A stretch of 32,573 nt of DNA from Octopus sinensis (lineage: Eukaryota): assembly GCF_006345805.1 (NCBI RefSeq), contig NW_021835194.1, forward strand, positions 1 through 32,573, given 5' to 3'. The notes beneath the pieces were generated by a model, which was not told where the DNA came from, searched no databases, and saw nothing but the letters and a program-made list of their open reading frames with translations. The first letter of the stretch is position 1; every line of letters begins with the position of its first letter. Below, one piece after another: positions 11,600 to 24,000 of the stretch. The translations under genes were made by a program, and so were the position numbers.

Positions 11600-14000
11600 A
11601 AGAAAAAGAGAAATATGATCAAGTAGAAAGTACTGGAGTAAGGTTATGAAAATGAGGAAAGAAGAAAAAAGAGAAATGTGATCAAGGAGAAACTACTAGA
11701 GTAAGTTTTATGAAAATGAGGAGAAGGAGAAAGAAAAAGAGAAATGTTATCAAGAAGAAAGTACTGGAGTAAGTTTATGAAAATGAGGAGAAGAGAAAGA
11801 AAAAGAGAAATGTTATCAAGAAGAAGTACTGGAGTAAGTTTATGAAAATGAGGAGAAGAGAAAGAAAAAGAGAAATGTGATCAAGAAGAAAGTACTGGAG
11901 TAAGTTTATAAAAAATGAGAGAAGAGAAAGAAAAAGAGAAATGTGATCAAGAGAAAAGCACTGGAGTAAGTTCATGAAAAATGAGAGAAGAGAAAGAAAA
12001 AAGAGAATATGATCAAGGAGAAATTACTTGAGTAAGTTTATGAAAAATGAGGAGAGAGAAAGAAAAAACAAAAATGTGATCAAGGAGAAAGTACTGGAGT
12101 AAGTTTATGAAAATGAGGAGATAGAAAGAAAAAAGAAATGTGATCAAGGAGAACGTACTGGAGTAAGTTATGAAAAATGAAGAAGAGAAAGAAAAAGAGA
12201 ATTGTGATCAAGGAGAAAGTACTGGAGTAAGTTTATGAAAAATGAGGAGAAGAGAAAGAAAAAGAGAAATTGATCAAGGAGAAAGTACTAGAGTAAGTTT
12301 ATGAAAATGAGGACAAGAGAAAAAAAAGAGAAATGTGACCAAGGAGAAAGCACTGGAGTAAATTTATGAAAAATGAAGAGAAGAGAAGAAAAAAGAGAAA
12401 TATGATCAAGGAGAATGTACTGGAGTAAGGTTGTGAAAAATGAGGAGAAGAGAGAAAAAGAGAAGTGTGATCAAGAGAAAGTACTGGAGTAAGTTTATGA
12501 AAAATTCGAGAAGAGAAAGAAAAAGAGAAATATGATCAAGGAGAAAGTACTTGAGTAAATTTATGAAAAAGAGTAAGAGAAAGAAAAAGAGAAATGTGAT
12601 CAAGGAGAAAGTACTGGAGTAAGTTTTTATAAAATGAAGAGAAGAGAAGAAAAAGAGAAATATGATCAAGGAGAAAGTACTGGAGTAAGTTTATGAAAAA
12701 TGGAGAGAAGAGAAAGAAAAAGAGAAATGTGATCAAGAGAAAGCACTGAAAAAGTTTATGAAAAAAAAATGAAGAGAGAGAAAGAAAAAAAAAATAGATC
12801 AGAGAAAGAAAAAGTACTGGAGTAAGGTTATGAAAAATGAGGAGAAGAGAAAGAAAAAAGCAATGTGATCAAGGAGAAACTACTAGAGTAAGTTTATGGA
12901 AAATGAGGAGAAGAGAAGAGAAAGAAAAAAGTGATAATTAGAAGATAGTAAAATACTGGAGTAAGTTATGAAAAATGAAGAGAAGAGAAAGAAAAAAGAG
13001 AAATGTTATCACGAAGAAAGTACTGGAGTAAGTTTATGAAAAATGAGGAAAAGAAAAGAAAAAGAGAAATGTGATCAAGGAGAAAGTACTGGATTAAGTT
13101 TATAAAAAATGAGGAAAGAGAAAAAAAAAAAAGAAATGTGATCAGGGAGAAAGTACTGGAGTAAGTTCATGAATAATGAAGAGAAGAAGAGAAGAAAAAA
13201 GAAAATATGATCAAGGAGAAATTACTTGAGTAAGTTTATGAAAAATGAGAAGAAGAAGAAAAAAAACAAAAATGTGATCAAGGAGAAAGTACTGGAGTAA
13301 GTTTATGAAAATGAGGAGATGAAAAGAATAAAGAAATGTGATCAAGGAGAACGTACTGGAGTAAGTTTATGAAAAATGAAGAGAAGAGAAAGAAAAGAGA
13401 ATTGTGATCAAGGAGAAGTACTGGAGTAAGTTTATGAAATGAGGAGAAGAGAAAGAAAAAGAGAAATGTGATCAAGGAAAGTGTACTAGAGTAAGTTTAT
13501 GAAAATGAGGACAAGAGAAAGAAAAAAGAGAAATGTGACCAAGGAGAAAGCACTGGAGTAAGTTTATGAAAAATGAAGAGAAGAGAAAGAAAAAGAGAAA
13601 TATGATCAAGAGAAAGTACTGGAGTAAGGTTGTGAAAAATGTGGAGAATAGAAAGAAAAAAGAGAAGTCTGATCAAGGAGAAAGTACTGGAGTAAGTTTA
13701 TGAAAAATGAAGAGAAGAGAAAGAAAAAAGAGAAATATGATCAGGAGAAGTACTTGAGTAAATTTATGAAAATGAGGATAAGAGAAAGAAAAAGGAAAAT
13801 GTGATCAAGGAGAAGTACTGGAGTAAGTTTATATAAAATGAGAGAAGAGAAATAAAAAGAGAAATGTGATCAAGGAGAAACTACTAGAGTAAGTTTATGG
13901 AAAATGAGGAGAAGAGAAAGAAAAAAGAAATGTGATCAAGGAGAAAGTACTGGTGTAAGTTTATGAAAAATGAAGAGAAGAGAAAGAAAAAGTGAAATGT
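11600..14000 (+). repeat. Approximately 2 x 18-monomer (~1.2 kb) tandem duplication
   Basis: The series AAGGTT / CTACTAG / GTTATC..GAAG / TTCAT / ATTACTTG / ACAAAAAT / AACGT / AATTGT / TACTAG-GGACAA / GACC-GCAC / GGTTGTG occurs twice. CTACTAG is at ~11693 and ~12880, ATTACTTG at ~12022 and ~13221. The region is noisy, so the boundaries are approximate. Confidence 0.7.
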
Positions 14001-14248
14001 GATCAAGGAGATGTACAGGAAGTTTATGAACATGAGGAGAAGAGAAGAAAAAAGAGAAATGTGATAAGGAGATACTGGAGTAAGTTTTTATGAAAAATGA
14101 GGAGAAGAGAAAGAAAAAAGAGAATGTGATCAAGGAGAAAGTACTGGAGTAAGTTTATGAAAAATGAGAGAAAGAGAAAGAAAAAGAGAATATGATCAAG
14201 GAGAAAGTACTTGAGTAACTTTATAAAAATGAGGAGAAGAGAAAGAAA

Positions 14249-15740
14249 AAAGAAAAATGTGATCAAGGAGAAAGTACTGGAGTAAGTTTATGAAATGAGG
14301 AGAAGAGAATGAAAAAGAGAAAAGTGATCAAGGAGAAAGTACCGGGAGAAGTTTATGGAAGATGAGGAGAAGAGAACGAAAATGGAGAAATGAGATAGAG
14401 GATAAAGTATTGGAGTAAGATTATGAAAAATGAGGAGAAGCGAAAGAAAAAAGAGAAATGTGATCAAGGAGAAAGTACTGGAGTAAGTTTATGAAAAATG
14501 AGGAGAAGAGATAGAAAAAAGAGAAATGTGATCAAGGAGAAAGTACTGGAGTAAGTTTATGAAAAATGAAGAGAAGAGAAAGAGAAAAGAGAAATATGAT
14601 CAAGGAGAATGTACTTGAGTAAGTTTATGAAAAATGAGGATAAGAGAAAGAAAAAGGAGAAATGTGATCAAGGAGAAAGTACTGGAGTAAGTTTATATAA
14701 AATGAGGAGAAGAGAAAGAAAAAAGAGAAATGTGATCAAGGAGAAAGCACTGGAGTAAGTTTATGAAAAATGAAGAGAAGAGAAAGAAAAAAGAGAAATA
14801 TGATCAAGGAGAAAGTACTGGAGTAAGGTTATGAAAAATGAGGAGAAGAGAAAGAAAAAAGAGAAATGTGATCAAGGAGAACGTACTGGAGTAAGTTTAT
14901 GAAAAATGAAGAGAAGAGAAGGAAAAAAGAGAAATATGATCAAGGAGAATGTACTTGAGTAAGTTTATAAAAAATGAGGAGAAGAGAAAGAAAAAAGAAA
15001 AATGTGATCAAGGAGAAAGTACTGGAGTAAGTTTAGGAAAAATGAGGAGAAGAGAATGAAAAAAGAGAAAAGTGATCAAAGAGAAAGTACCGGAGAAAGT
15101 TTATGGAAGATGAGGAGAAGAGAACGAAAAAGGAGAAATGAGATATAGGATAAAGTATTGGAGTAAGATTATGAAAAATGAGGAGAAGCGAAAGAAAAAA
15201 GAGAAATGTGATCAAGGAGAAAGTACTGGAGTAAGTTTATGAAAAATGAGGAGAAGAGATAGAAAAAAGAGAAATGTGATCAAGGAGAAAGTACTGGAGT
15301 AAGTTTATGAAAAATGAAGAGAAGAGAAAGAGAAAAGAGAAATATGATCAAGGAGAATGTACTTGAGTAAGTTTATGAAAAATGAGGATAAGAGAAAGAA
15401 AAATGAGAAATGTGATCAAGGAGAAAGTACTGGAGTAAGTTTATATAAAATGAGGAGAAGAGAAAGAAAAAAGAGAAATGTGATCAAGGAGAAAGCACTG
15501 GAGTAAGTTTATGAAAAATGAAGAGAAGAGAAAGAAAAAAGAGAAATATGATCAAGGAGAAAGTACTGGAGTAAGGTTATGAAAAATGAGGAGAAGAGAA
15601 AGAAAAAAGAGAAATGTGATCAAGGAGAAAGTACTGGAGTAAGTTTATGAAAAATGAAGAGAAGAGAAGGAAAAAAGAGAAATATGATCAAGGAGATTGT
15701 ACTTGAGTAAGTTATGAAAATGAGGATAAGAGAGAAAAAG
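14249..15740 (+). repeat. 2 x 11-monomer (748 bp) tandem duplication
   Basis: ACCGG..GAAG (~14341 and ~15089), GTATTGG..GAAGCG (~14407 and ~15156), GAGATAGA (~14508 and ~15256), GAGAAAAG, AATGTACTTG-GGATAAG, TATATA, GCAC and AAGGTT repeat in the same order at an offset of ~748. Confidence 0.85.
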
Positions 15741-16419
15741 GAGAAATGTGATCCAGGAGAAAGTACTGGAGTAAGTTTATATAAAATGAGGAGAAGAGAA
15801 AGAAAAAAGAGAAATGTTATCAAGGAGAATCTACTGGAGTAATTTTATAGAAAATGAGGAGAAGAGAAAGAAAAAGGAGAAATGTGATCAAGGAGAAACT
15901 ACTGGAATAAGTTTATGAAAAATGAAGAGAAGAGAAAGAAAAAAGAGAAATGTGATAAAGGAGAAAGTACTGGAGTAAGTTTATGAAACATTAGGAGATG
16001 AGAAAGAAAAAAGAGAAATGTGATCAAGGAGAATGTACTGGAGTAAGTTTATGAAAAATGAAGAGAAGAGAAAGAAAAAAGAGAAATATGATCAAGGAGA
16101 AAGTACTGGAGTAAGTTTATGAAAAATGAGGAGAAGAGAATGAAAAAAGAGAAAAGTGATCAAGGAGAAAGTACCGGAGAAAGTTTATGGAAGATGAGGA
16201 GAAGAGAACGAAAAAGGAGAAATGAGATATAGGATAAAGTATTGGAGTAAGATTATGAAAAATGAGGAGAAGCGAAAGAATAAAGAGAAATGTGATCAAG
16301 GAGAAAGTACTGGAGTAAGTTTATGAAAAATGAGGAGAAGAGAAAGAAAAAAGAGAAATGTGATCAAGGAGAAAGTACTGGAGTAAGTTTATGAAAAATG
16401 AAGAGAAGAGAAAGAGAAA

Positions 16420-17790
16420 AGAGAAATATGATCAAGGAGAAATTACTTGAGTAAGTTTATGAAAAATGAGGAGAAGAGAAAGAAAAAACAAAAATGTGAT
16501 CAAGGAGAAAGTACTGGAGTAAGTTTATGAAAAATGAGGAGATGAGAAAGAAATAAGAGAAATGTGATCAAGGAGAACGTACTGGAGTAAGTTTATGAAA
16601 AATGAAGAGAAGAGAAAGAAAAAAGAGAATTGTGATCAAGGAGAAAGTACTGGAGTAAGTTTATGAAAAATGAGGAGAAGAGAAAGAAAAAAGAGAAATG
16701 TGATCAAGGAGAAAGTACTAGAGTAAGTTTATGAAAAATGAGGACAAGAGAAAGAAAAAAGAGAAATGTGACCAAGGAGAAAGCACTGGAGTAAGTTTAT
16801 GAAAAATGAAGAGAAGAGAAAGAAAAAAGAGAAATATGATCAAGGAGAAAGTACTGGAGTAAGGTTGTGAAAAATGTGGAGAATAGAAAGAAAAAAGAGA
16901 AGTCTGATCAAGGAGAAAGTACTGGAGTAAGTTTATGAAAAATGAAGAGAAGAGAAAGAAAAAAGAGAAATATGATCAAGGAGAAAGTACTTGAGTAAAT
17001 TTATGAAAAATGAGGATAAGAGAAAGAAAAAGGAGAAATGTGATCAAGGAGAAAGTACTGGAGTAAGTTTATATAAAATGAGGAGAAGAGAAAAAAAAAG
17101 AGAAATGTGATCAAGGAGAAACTACTAGAGTAAGTTTATGGAAAATGAGGAGAAGAGAAAGAAAAAAGAGAAATGTGATCAAGGAGAAAGTACTGGTGTA
17201 AGTTTATGAAAAATGAAGAGAAGAGAAAGAAAAAAGTGAAATGTGATCAAGGAGAATGTACAGGAGTAATTTTATGAAACATGACGAGAAGAGAAAGAAA
17301 AAAGAGAAATGTGATAAAGGAGAAAGTACTGGAGTAAGTTTATGAAAAATGAGGAGAAGAGAAAGAAAAAAGAGAAATGTGATCAAGGAGAAAGTACTGG
17401 AGTAAGTTTATGAAAAATGAAGAGAAGAGAAAGAAAAAAGAGAAATATGATCAAGGAGAAAGTACTTGAGTAAGTTTATAAAAAATGAGGAGAAGAGAAA
17501 GAAAAAAGAAAAATGTGATCAAGGAGAAAGTACTGGAGTAAGTTTATGAAAAATGAGGAGAAGAGAATGAAAAAAGAGAAAAGTGATCAAGGAGAAAGTA
17601 CCGGAGAAAGTTTATGGAAGATGAGGAGAAGAGAACGAAAAAGGAGAAATGAGATATAGGATAAAGTATTGGAGTAAGATTATGAAAAATGAGGAGAAGC
17701 GAAAGAAAAAAGAGAAATGTGATCAAGGAGAAAGTACTGGAGTAAGTTTATGAAAATGAGGAGAAGAGATAGAAAAAAAAGAAATGTGAT
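16420..17790 (+). repeat. ~20-monomer cassette also present at ~13190-14560 and, slightly diverged, at ~18300-19520
   Basis: Private variants GTGGAGAATAG and AAGTCTGATC (~16877 and 16900; ~13641 and 13665), TACTGGTGT and GTGAAAT..ATGTACAGG are shared in the same order. ORFs 15033, 16117 and 17544 mark the associated GAGATATAGG trimer at spacings of 1084 and 1427 (16 and 21 monomers). Confidence 0.8.
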
Positions 17791-18010
17791 CAAGGAGAAA
17801 GTACTGGAGTAAGTTTATGGAAAATGAGAATAAGAGAAAGATAAAGGAGAAATGTGATCAAGGAGAATGTACTGGAGTAAGTTTATGAAAAATGAGAATA
17901 AGAGAAAGATAAAGGAGAAATGTGATCAAGGAGAAAGAACTGGAGTAAGTTTATGGAAAATGAGAAGAAGAGAAAGATAAAGGAGAAATGTGATCAAGGA
18001 GAAAGAACTG
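17775..18010 (+). repeat. Local triplication of a variant monomer (AAGAGAAAGATAAAGGAG junction)
   Basis: Three consecutive monomers end in ...AAGAGAAAGATAAAGGAGAAATGTGATC (~17830, ~17900, ~17968). Two carry GAGAATAAG and two carry AAAGAACTGG. Confidence 0.75.
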
Positions 18011-21000
18011 GAGTAAGTTATGAAAATGAAGAGAAGAGAAAGAAAAAGAGAAATATGATCAAGAAAGTACTGAGTAAGTTATGAAAATGAGGAGAAGAGA
18101 AAGAAAAAAGAGAAATGAGATATAGGAGAAAGTACTTGAGTAAGTTTATGAAAATGAGGAGAAGAAAGATAAAGAGAAATGTGATCAAGGAGAAAGTACT
18201 GGAGTAAGTTTATGAAAATGAGGAGAAGAGAAAGAAAAAAGAAATGTGATCAAGAGAAAGTACTGGAGTAAGTTTATGAAAATGAAGAGAAGAGAAAGAA
18301 AAAGAGAAATATGATCAAGGAGAAAATTACTTGAGTAAGTTTATGAAAAATGAGGAGAAGAGAAAGAAAAAAAAAATGTGATCAAGGAGAAAGTACTGGA
18401 GTAAGTTTATGAAAAATGAGGATGAGAAAGAAAAAAGAAATGTGATCAAGGAGAACGTACTGGAGTAAGTTTATGAAAATGAAGAGAAGAGAAAGAAAAA
18501 AGAGAATTTGATCAAGGAGAAAGTACTGAGTAAGTTTATGAAAATGAGGAGAAGAGAAAGAAAAAAGAGAAATGTGATCAAGGAGAAAGTACTAGAGTAA
18601 GTTTATGAAAAATGAGGACAAGAGAAAGAAAAAAGAGAAATGTGACCAAGGAGAAAGCACTGGAGTAAATTTATGAAAAATGAAGAGAAGAGAAAGAAAA
18701 AAGAGAAATATGATCAAGGAGAATGTACTGGAGTAAGGTTGTGAAAAATGAGGAGAAGAGAAAGAAAAAAGAGAAGTGTGATCAAGGAGAAAGTACTGGA
18801 GTAAGTTTATGAAAAATGAAGAGAAGAGAAAGAAAAAGAGAAATTGATCAAGGAGAAAGTACTTGAGTAAATTTATGAAAAATGAGGATAAGAGAAAGAA
18901 AAAGGAGAATGTGATCAAGGAGAAAGTACTGGAGTAAGTTTATATAAAATGAGGAGAAGAGAAAAAAAAAGAGAAATGTGATCAAGGAGAACTACTGGAG
19001 TAAGTTTATGGAAAATGAGGAAGAGAAAGAAAAAAGAGAAATGTGATCAAGGAGAAAGTACTGGAGTAAGTTTATGAAAAATGAAGAGAAGAGAAAGAAA
19101 AAAGAGAAATGTGATCAAGGAGAATGTACAGGAGTAATTTTATGAAACATGAGAAGAGAAAGAAAAAGAGAAATGTGATAAAGGAGAAAGTACTGGAGTA
19201 AGTTTATGAAAAATGAGGAGAAGAGAAAGAAAAAAGAGAAATGTGATCAAGGAGAAAGTACTGGAGTAAGTTTATGAAAAATGAAGAGAAGAGAAAGAAA
19301 AAAGAGAAAATGATCAAGGAGAAGTACTTGAGTAAGTTTATGAAAAATGAGGAGAAGAGAAAGAAAAAGAAAAATGTGATCAAGGAGAAAGTACTGGAGT
19401 AAGTTTATGAAAATGAGGAGAAGAGAATGAAAAAAGAGAAGTGATGCAGGAGAAAGTACTGGAGAAGTTTATGGAAGATGAGGAGAAGAGAACGAAAAAG
19501 AGAAATGATGATCAAGGATAAAGTACTGGAGTAAGTTATGAAAAATGAGGAGAAGAGAAAGAAAAAGAGAAATGTGATCAAGGAGAAAGTACTGGAGTAA
19601 GTTTATGAAAAATGAGAGAAAGAGAAAAAAAAAGAAAATGTGATCAAGGAAATACTGGAGTAAGTTTATGAAAATGAGAGAAGAGAAAGAGAAAAGAGAA
19701 ATATGATCAAGGAGAATTACTTGAGTAAGTTTATGAAAAATGAGGAGAAGAGAAAGAAAAAGGAGAAATGTGATCAAGGAGAAAGTACTGGAGTAAGTTT
19801 ATAAAATGAGGAGAGAGAAAGAAAAAAGAAATGTGATCAAGGAGAAGTACTGGAGTAAGTTATGAAAAATGAGAGAAGAGAAAGAAAAGAGAAATATGAT
19901 CAAGAGAAAGTACTGGAGTAAGTTTATGAAAAATGAGGAGAAGAGAAAGAAAAAAGAGAAATGTGATCAAGGAGAAAGTACTGGAGTAAGTTTATGAAAA
20001 TGAAGAGAAGAGAAGGAAAAAGAGAAATGTGATCAAGGAGAAAGTACTGGAGTAAGTTTTATAAAATGAGGAGAAGAGAAAGAAAAAGAAAATGTGATCA
20101 AGGAGAAAGTACTGGAGTAAGTTTATGAAAATGAGAGAAGAGAATGAAAAAAGAGAAAAGTGATCAAGGAGAAAGTACTGGAGTAAAGTTTATGGAAAAT
20201 GAGGAGAAGAGAAACGAAAGGAGAAATGAGATATAGGATAAAGTATGGAGTAAGTTTATGAAAAATGAGGAGAAGAGAAAGAAAAAAGAGAAATGTGATC
20301 AAGGAGAAAGTACTGGAGAAAGTTTATGAAAAATGAAGAGAAGAGAAAGAAAAAAGAGAAATATGATCAAGGAGAATGTACTTGAGTAAGTTTATGAAAA
20401 ATGAGGATAAGAGAAAGAAAAAGAGAAATGTGATCAAGGAGAAAGTACTGGAGTAAGTTTATATAAAATGAGGAGAAGAGAAAGAAAAAAGAGAAATGTG
20501 ATCAAGGAGAAAGCACTGGAGTAAGTTTATGAAAAATGAAGAGAAGAGAAAGAAAAAAGTGAAATATGATCAAGGAGAAAGTACTGGTGTAAGTTTATGA
20601 AAATGAGGAGAAGAAAAGAAAAAAGAAATGTGATCAAGGAGAAGTACTGGAGTAAGTTTATGAAAAATGAGAGAAGAGAAGGAAAAAGAGAAATTGATCA
20701 AGGAGAAAGTACTTGAGTAAGTTTTATGAAAAAAGATAAGAGAAAGAAAAAGAGAAATGTGATCCAGGAGAAAGTACTGGAGTAAGTTTATAAAATGAGG
20801 AGAAGAGAAAGAAAAAAGAGAATGTGATCAAGGAGAATCTACTGGAGTAATTTTTATGAAAATGAGGAGAAGAGAAAGAAAAAAGAGAAATGTGATCAAG
20901 GAGAAACTACTGGAGTAAGTTTATGAAAAATGAAGAGAAGAGAAAGAAAAAAGAGAAATGATAAGGAGAAAGTACTGGAGTAAGTTTATGAAACATTAGG

Positions 21001-24000
21001 AGATGAGAAAGAAAAAAGAGAAATGTGATCAAGGAGAATGTACTGGAGTAAGTTTATGAAAAATGAAGAGAAGAGAAAGAAAAAAGAGAAATATGATCAA
21101 GGAGAAAGTACTGGAGTAAGTTTATGAAAATGAGGAGAAGAGAATGAAAAAAGAGAAAGTGATCAAGGAGAAAGTACTGGAGTAATTTTATGAAAATGAG
21201 GAGAAGAGAACGAAAAAGGAGAAATGATATATAGGATAAGTATGGAGTAAGATTATGAAAATGAGGAGAAGAGAAAAAAAAGAGAAATGTGATCAAGGAA
21301 AAGTACTGGAGTAAGTTTATGAAAAATGAGGAGAAGAGAAAGAAAAAAGAGAAATGTGATCAAGGAGAAAGTACTGGAGTAATTTATGAAAAATGATGAG
21401 AAGAAAGAGAAAAGAGAAATATGATCAAGGAGAATGTACTTGAGTAAGTTTATGAAAAATGAGAATAAGAGAAAGATAAAGGAGAAATGTGATCAAGGAG
21501 AAAGTACTGGAGTAAGTTTATGAAAATGAGGAGAAGAGAAAGATAAAAGAGAAATGTGATCAAGGAGAAAGTACTGGAGTAAGTTTATGAAAAATGAAGA
21601 GAAGAGAGGAAAAAAGAAAATATGATCAAGGGAAATGTACTTGAGTAAGTTTTGAAAAATGAGGATAAGAAAGAAAAAGGAGGAATGTGATCAAGGAGAA
21701 AGTACTGGAGTAAGTTTATATAAAAATGAGGAGAAGAGAAAGAAAAAAGAGATTGATGATCAAGGAGAATCTACTGGAGTAATTTATAGAAAATGAGGAG
21801 AAGAAGAAAGAAAGAGAAATGTGATCAAGGAGAACTACTGGAGTAAGTTTATGAAAATGAAGAAAGAGAAAGAAAAGAGAAATGTGATAAAGGAGAAAGT
21901 ACTGGAGTAAGTTTATGAAACATGAGGAAGAGAAAAAAAAAAGAGAAATGTGATCAAGGAGAAAGTACTGGTAAGTTATGAAAAATGAGGAGAAGAGAAA
22001 GAAAAAAGAGAAATTTGATCAAGGAGAAAGTACTGGAGTAAGTTTATGAGAAATGAAGAGAAGAGAAAGAAAAAAGAGAATATGATCAAGGAGAAGTACT
22101 GGAGTAAGTTTATGAAAAATGAGAAGAGAAAGAAAAAAGAGAAATGTGATCAAGGAGAAAGTACTGGAGTAAGTTTATGAAAAATGAGGAGAAGAGAAAA
22201 AAAAGAGAAATGTGATCAAGAGAAAGTACTGGAGTAAGTTCATGAAAAATGAAGAAAGAGAAAGAAAAAAAAGAGAAATATGATCAAGGAGAAATTACTG
22301 GAGTAAGTTTATGAAAAATGAGAGAAGAGAAAGAAAAACAAAAATGTGATCAAGGAGAAAGTACTGGAGTAAGTTTATGAAAAATGAGGAGATGAGAAAG
22401 AAAAAAGAAATGTGATCAAGGAGAACGTACTGGAGTAAGTTTATGAAAAATGAAGAGAAGAGAAGAAAAAAGAGAAATTGTGATCAAGGAGAAAGTACTG
22501 GAGTAAGTTTATGAAAAATGAGGAGAAGAGAAAGAAAAAAGAGAAATGTGATCAAGGAGAAAGTACTAGAGTAAGTTTATGAAAAATGAGGAAAAGAGAA
22601 AGAAAAAAGAGAAATGTGACCAAGGAGAAAGCACTGGAGTAAGTTTATGAAAAATGAAGAGAAGAGAAAGAGAAAAGAGAAATATGATCAAGGAGAATGT
22701 ACTTGAGTAAGTTTATGAAAAATGAGGATAAGAGAAAGAAAAAGGAGAAATGTGATCAAGGAGAAAGTACTGGAGTACGTTTATGAAAAATGAGGAGAAG
22801 AGAAAGAAAAAAGTGAAATGTGATCAAGGAGAAAGTACTGGAGTAAGTTTATGAAAAATGAAGAGAAGAGAAGGAAAAAAGAGAAATATGATCAAGGAGA
22901 ATGTACTTGAGTAAGTTTATGAAAAATGAGGATAAGAGAAAGAAAAAGGAGAAATGTGATCCAGGAGAAAGTACTGGAGTAAGTTTATATAAAATGAGGA
23001 GAAGAGAAAGAAAAAAGAGAAATGTGATCAAGGAGAATCTACTGGAGTAATTTTATAGAAAATGAGGAGAAGAGAAAGAAAAAAGAGAAACGTGATCAAG
23101 GAGAAAGTACTGGAGTAAGTTTATGAAAAATGAAGAAAGAGAAAGAAAAAAGAAATGTGATCAAGGAGAAAGTACTGGAGTAAGTTTATGAAAATTAGAG
23201 AGAAGAGAAAAAAAAAAGAAATGTGATCAAGGAGAAAGTACTGGAGTAAGTTTATGAAAAATGAGGAGAAGAGAAAGAAAAAAGAGAAATGTGATCAAGG
23301 AGAAAGTACTGGAGTAAGTTTATGAAAAATGAAGAGAAGAGAAAGAAAAAAGAGAAATATGATCAAGGAGAAAGTACTGGAGTAAGGTTATGAAAAATGA
23401 GGAGAAGAGAAAGAAAAAAGAGAAATGTGATCAAGGAGAAAGTACTGGAGTAAGTTTATAAAAAATGAGGAGAAGAGAAAGAAAAAAGAAATGTGATCAG
23501 GAGAAAGTACTGGAGTAAGTTCATGAAAATGAAGAGAAGAGAAAGAAAAAAGAGAAATATGATCAAGGAGAAATTACTTGAGTAAGTTTATGAAAAATGA
23601 GGAGAAGAGAAAGAAAAAACAAAAATGTGATCAAGGAGAAAGTACTGGAGTAAGTTTATGAAAAATGAGGAGATGAGAAAGAAATAAGAGAAATGTGATC
23701 AAGGAGAACGTACTGGAGTAAGTTTATGAAAAATGAAGAGAAGAGAAAGAAAAAAGAGAATTGTGATCAAGGAGAAAGTACTGGAGTAAGTTTATGGAAA
23801 ATGAGGAGAAGAGAAAGAAAAAAGAGAAATGTGATCAAGGAGAAAGTACTAGAGTAAGTTTATGAAAAATGAGGACAAGAGAAAGAAAAAAGAGAAATGT
23901 GACCAAGGAGAAAGCACTGGAGTAAGTTTATGAAAAATGAAGAGAAGAGAAAGAAAAAAGAGAAATATGATCAAGGAGAAAGTACTGGAGTAAGTTTATA

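Noticed and set aside
12740-12960. Apparently divergent or inserted sequence (e.g. GTGATAATTAGAAGATAGTAAAATACTGG; similar patch at ~31740-31830)
   Set aside because: It still aligns in register to monomers of the 18-mer duplication and is flanked by the expected CTACTAG and GTTATC units. It is best explained as a low-quality patch, not a foreign insertion.
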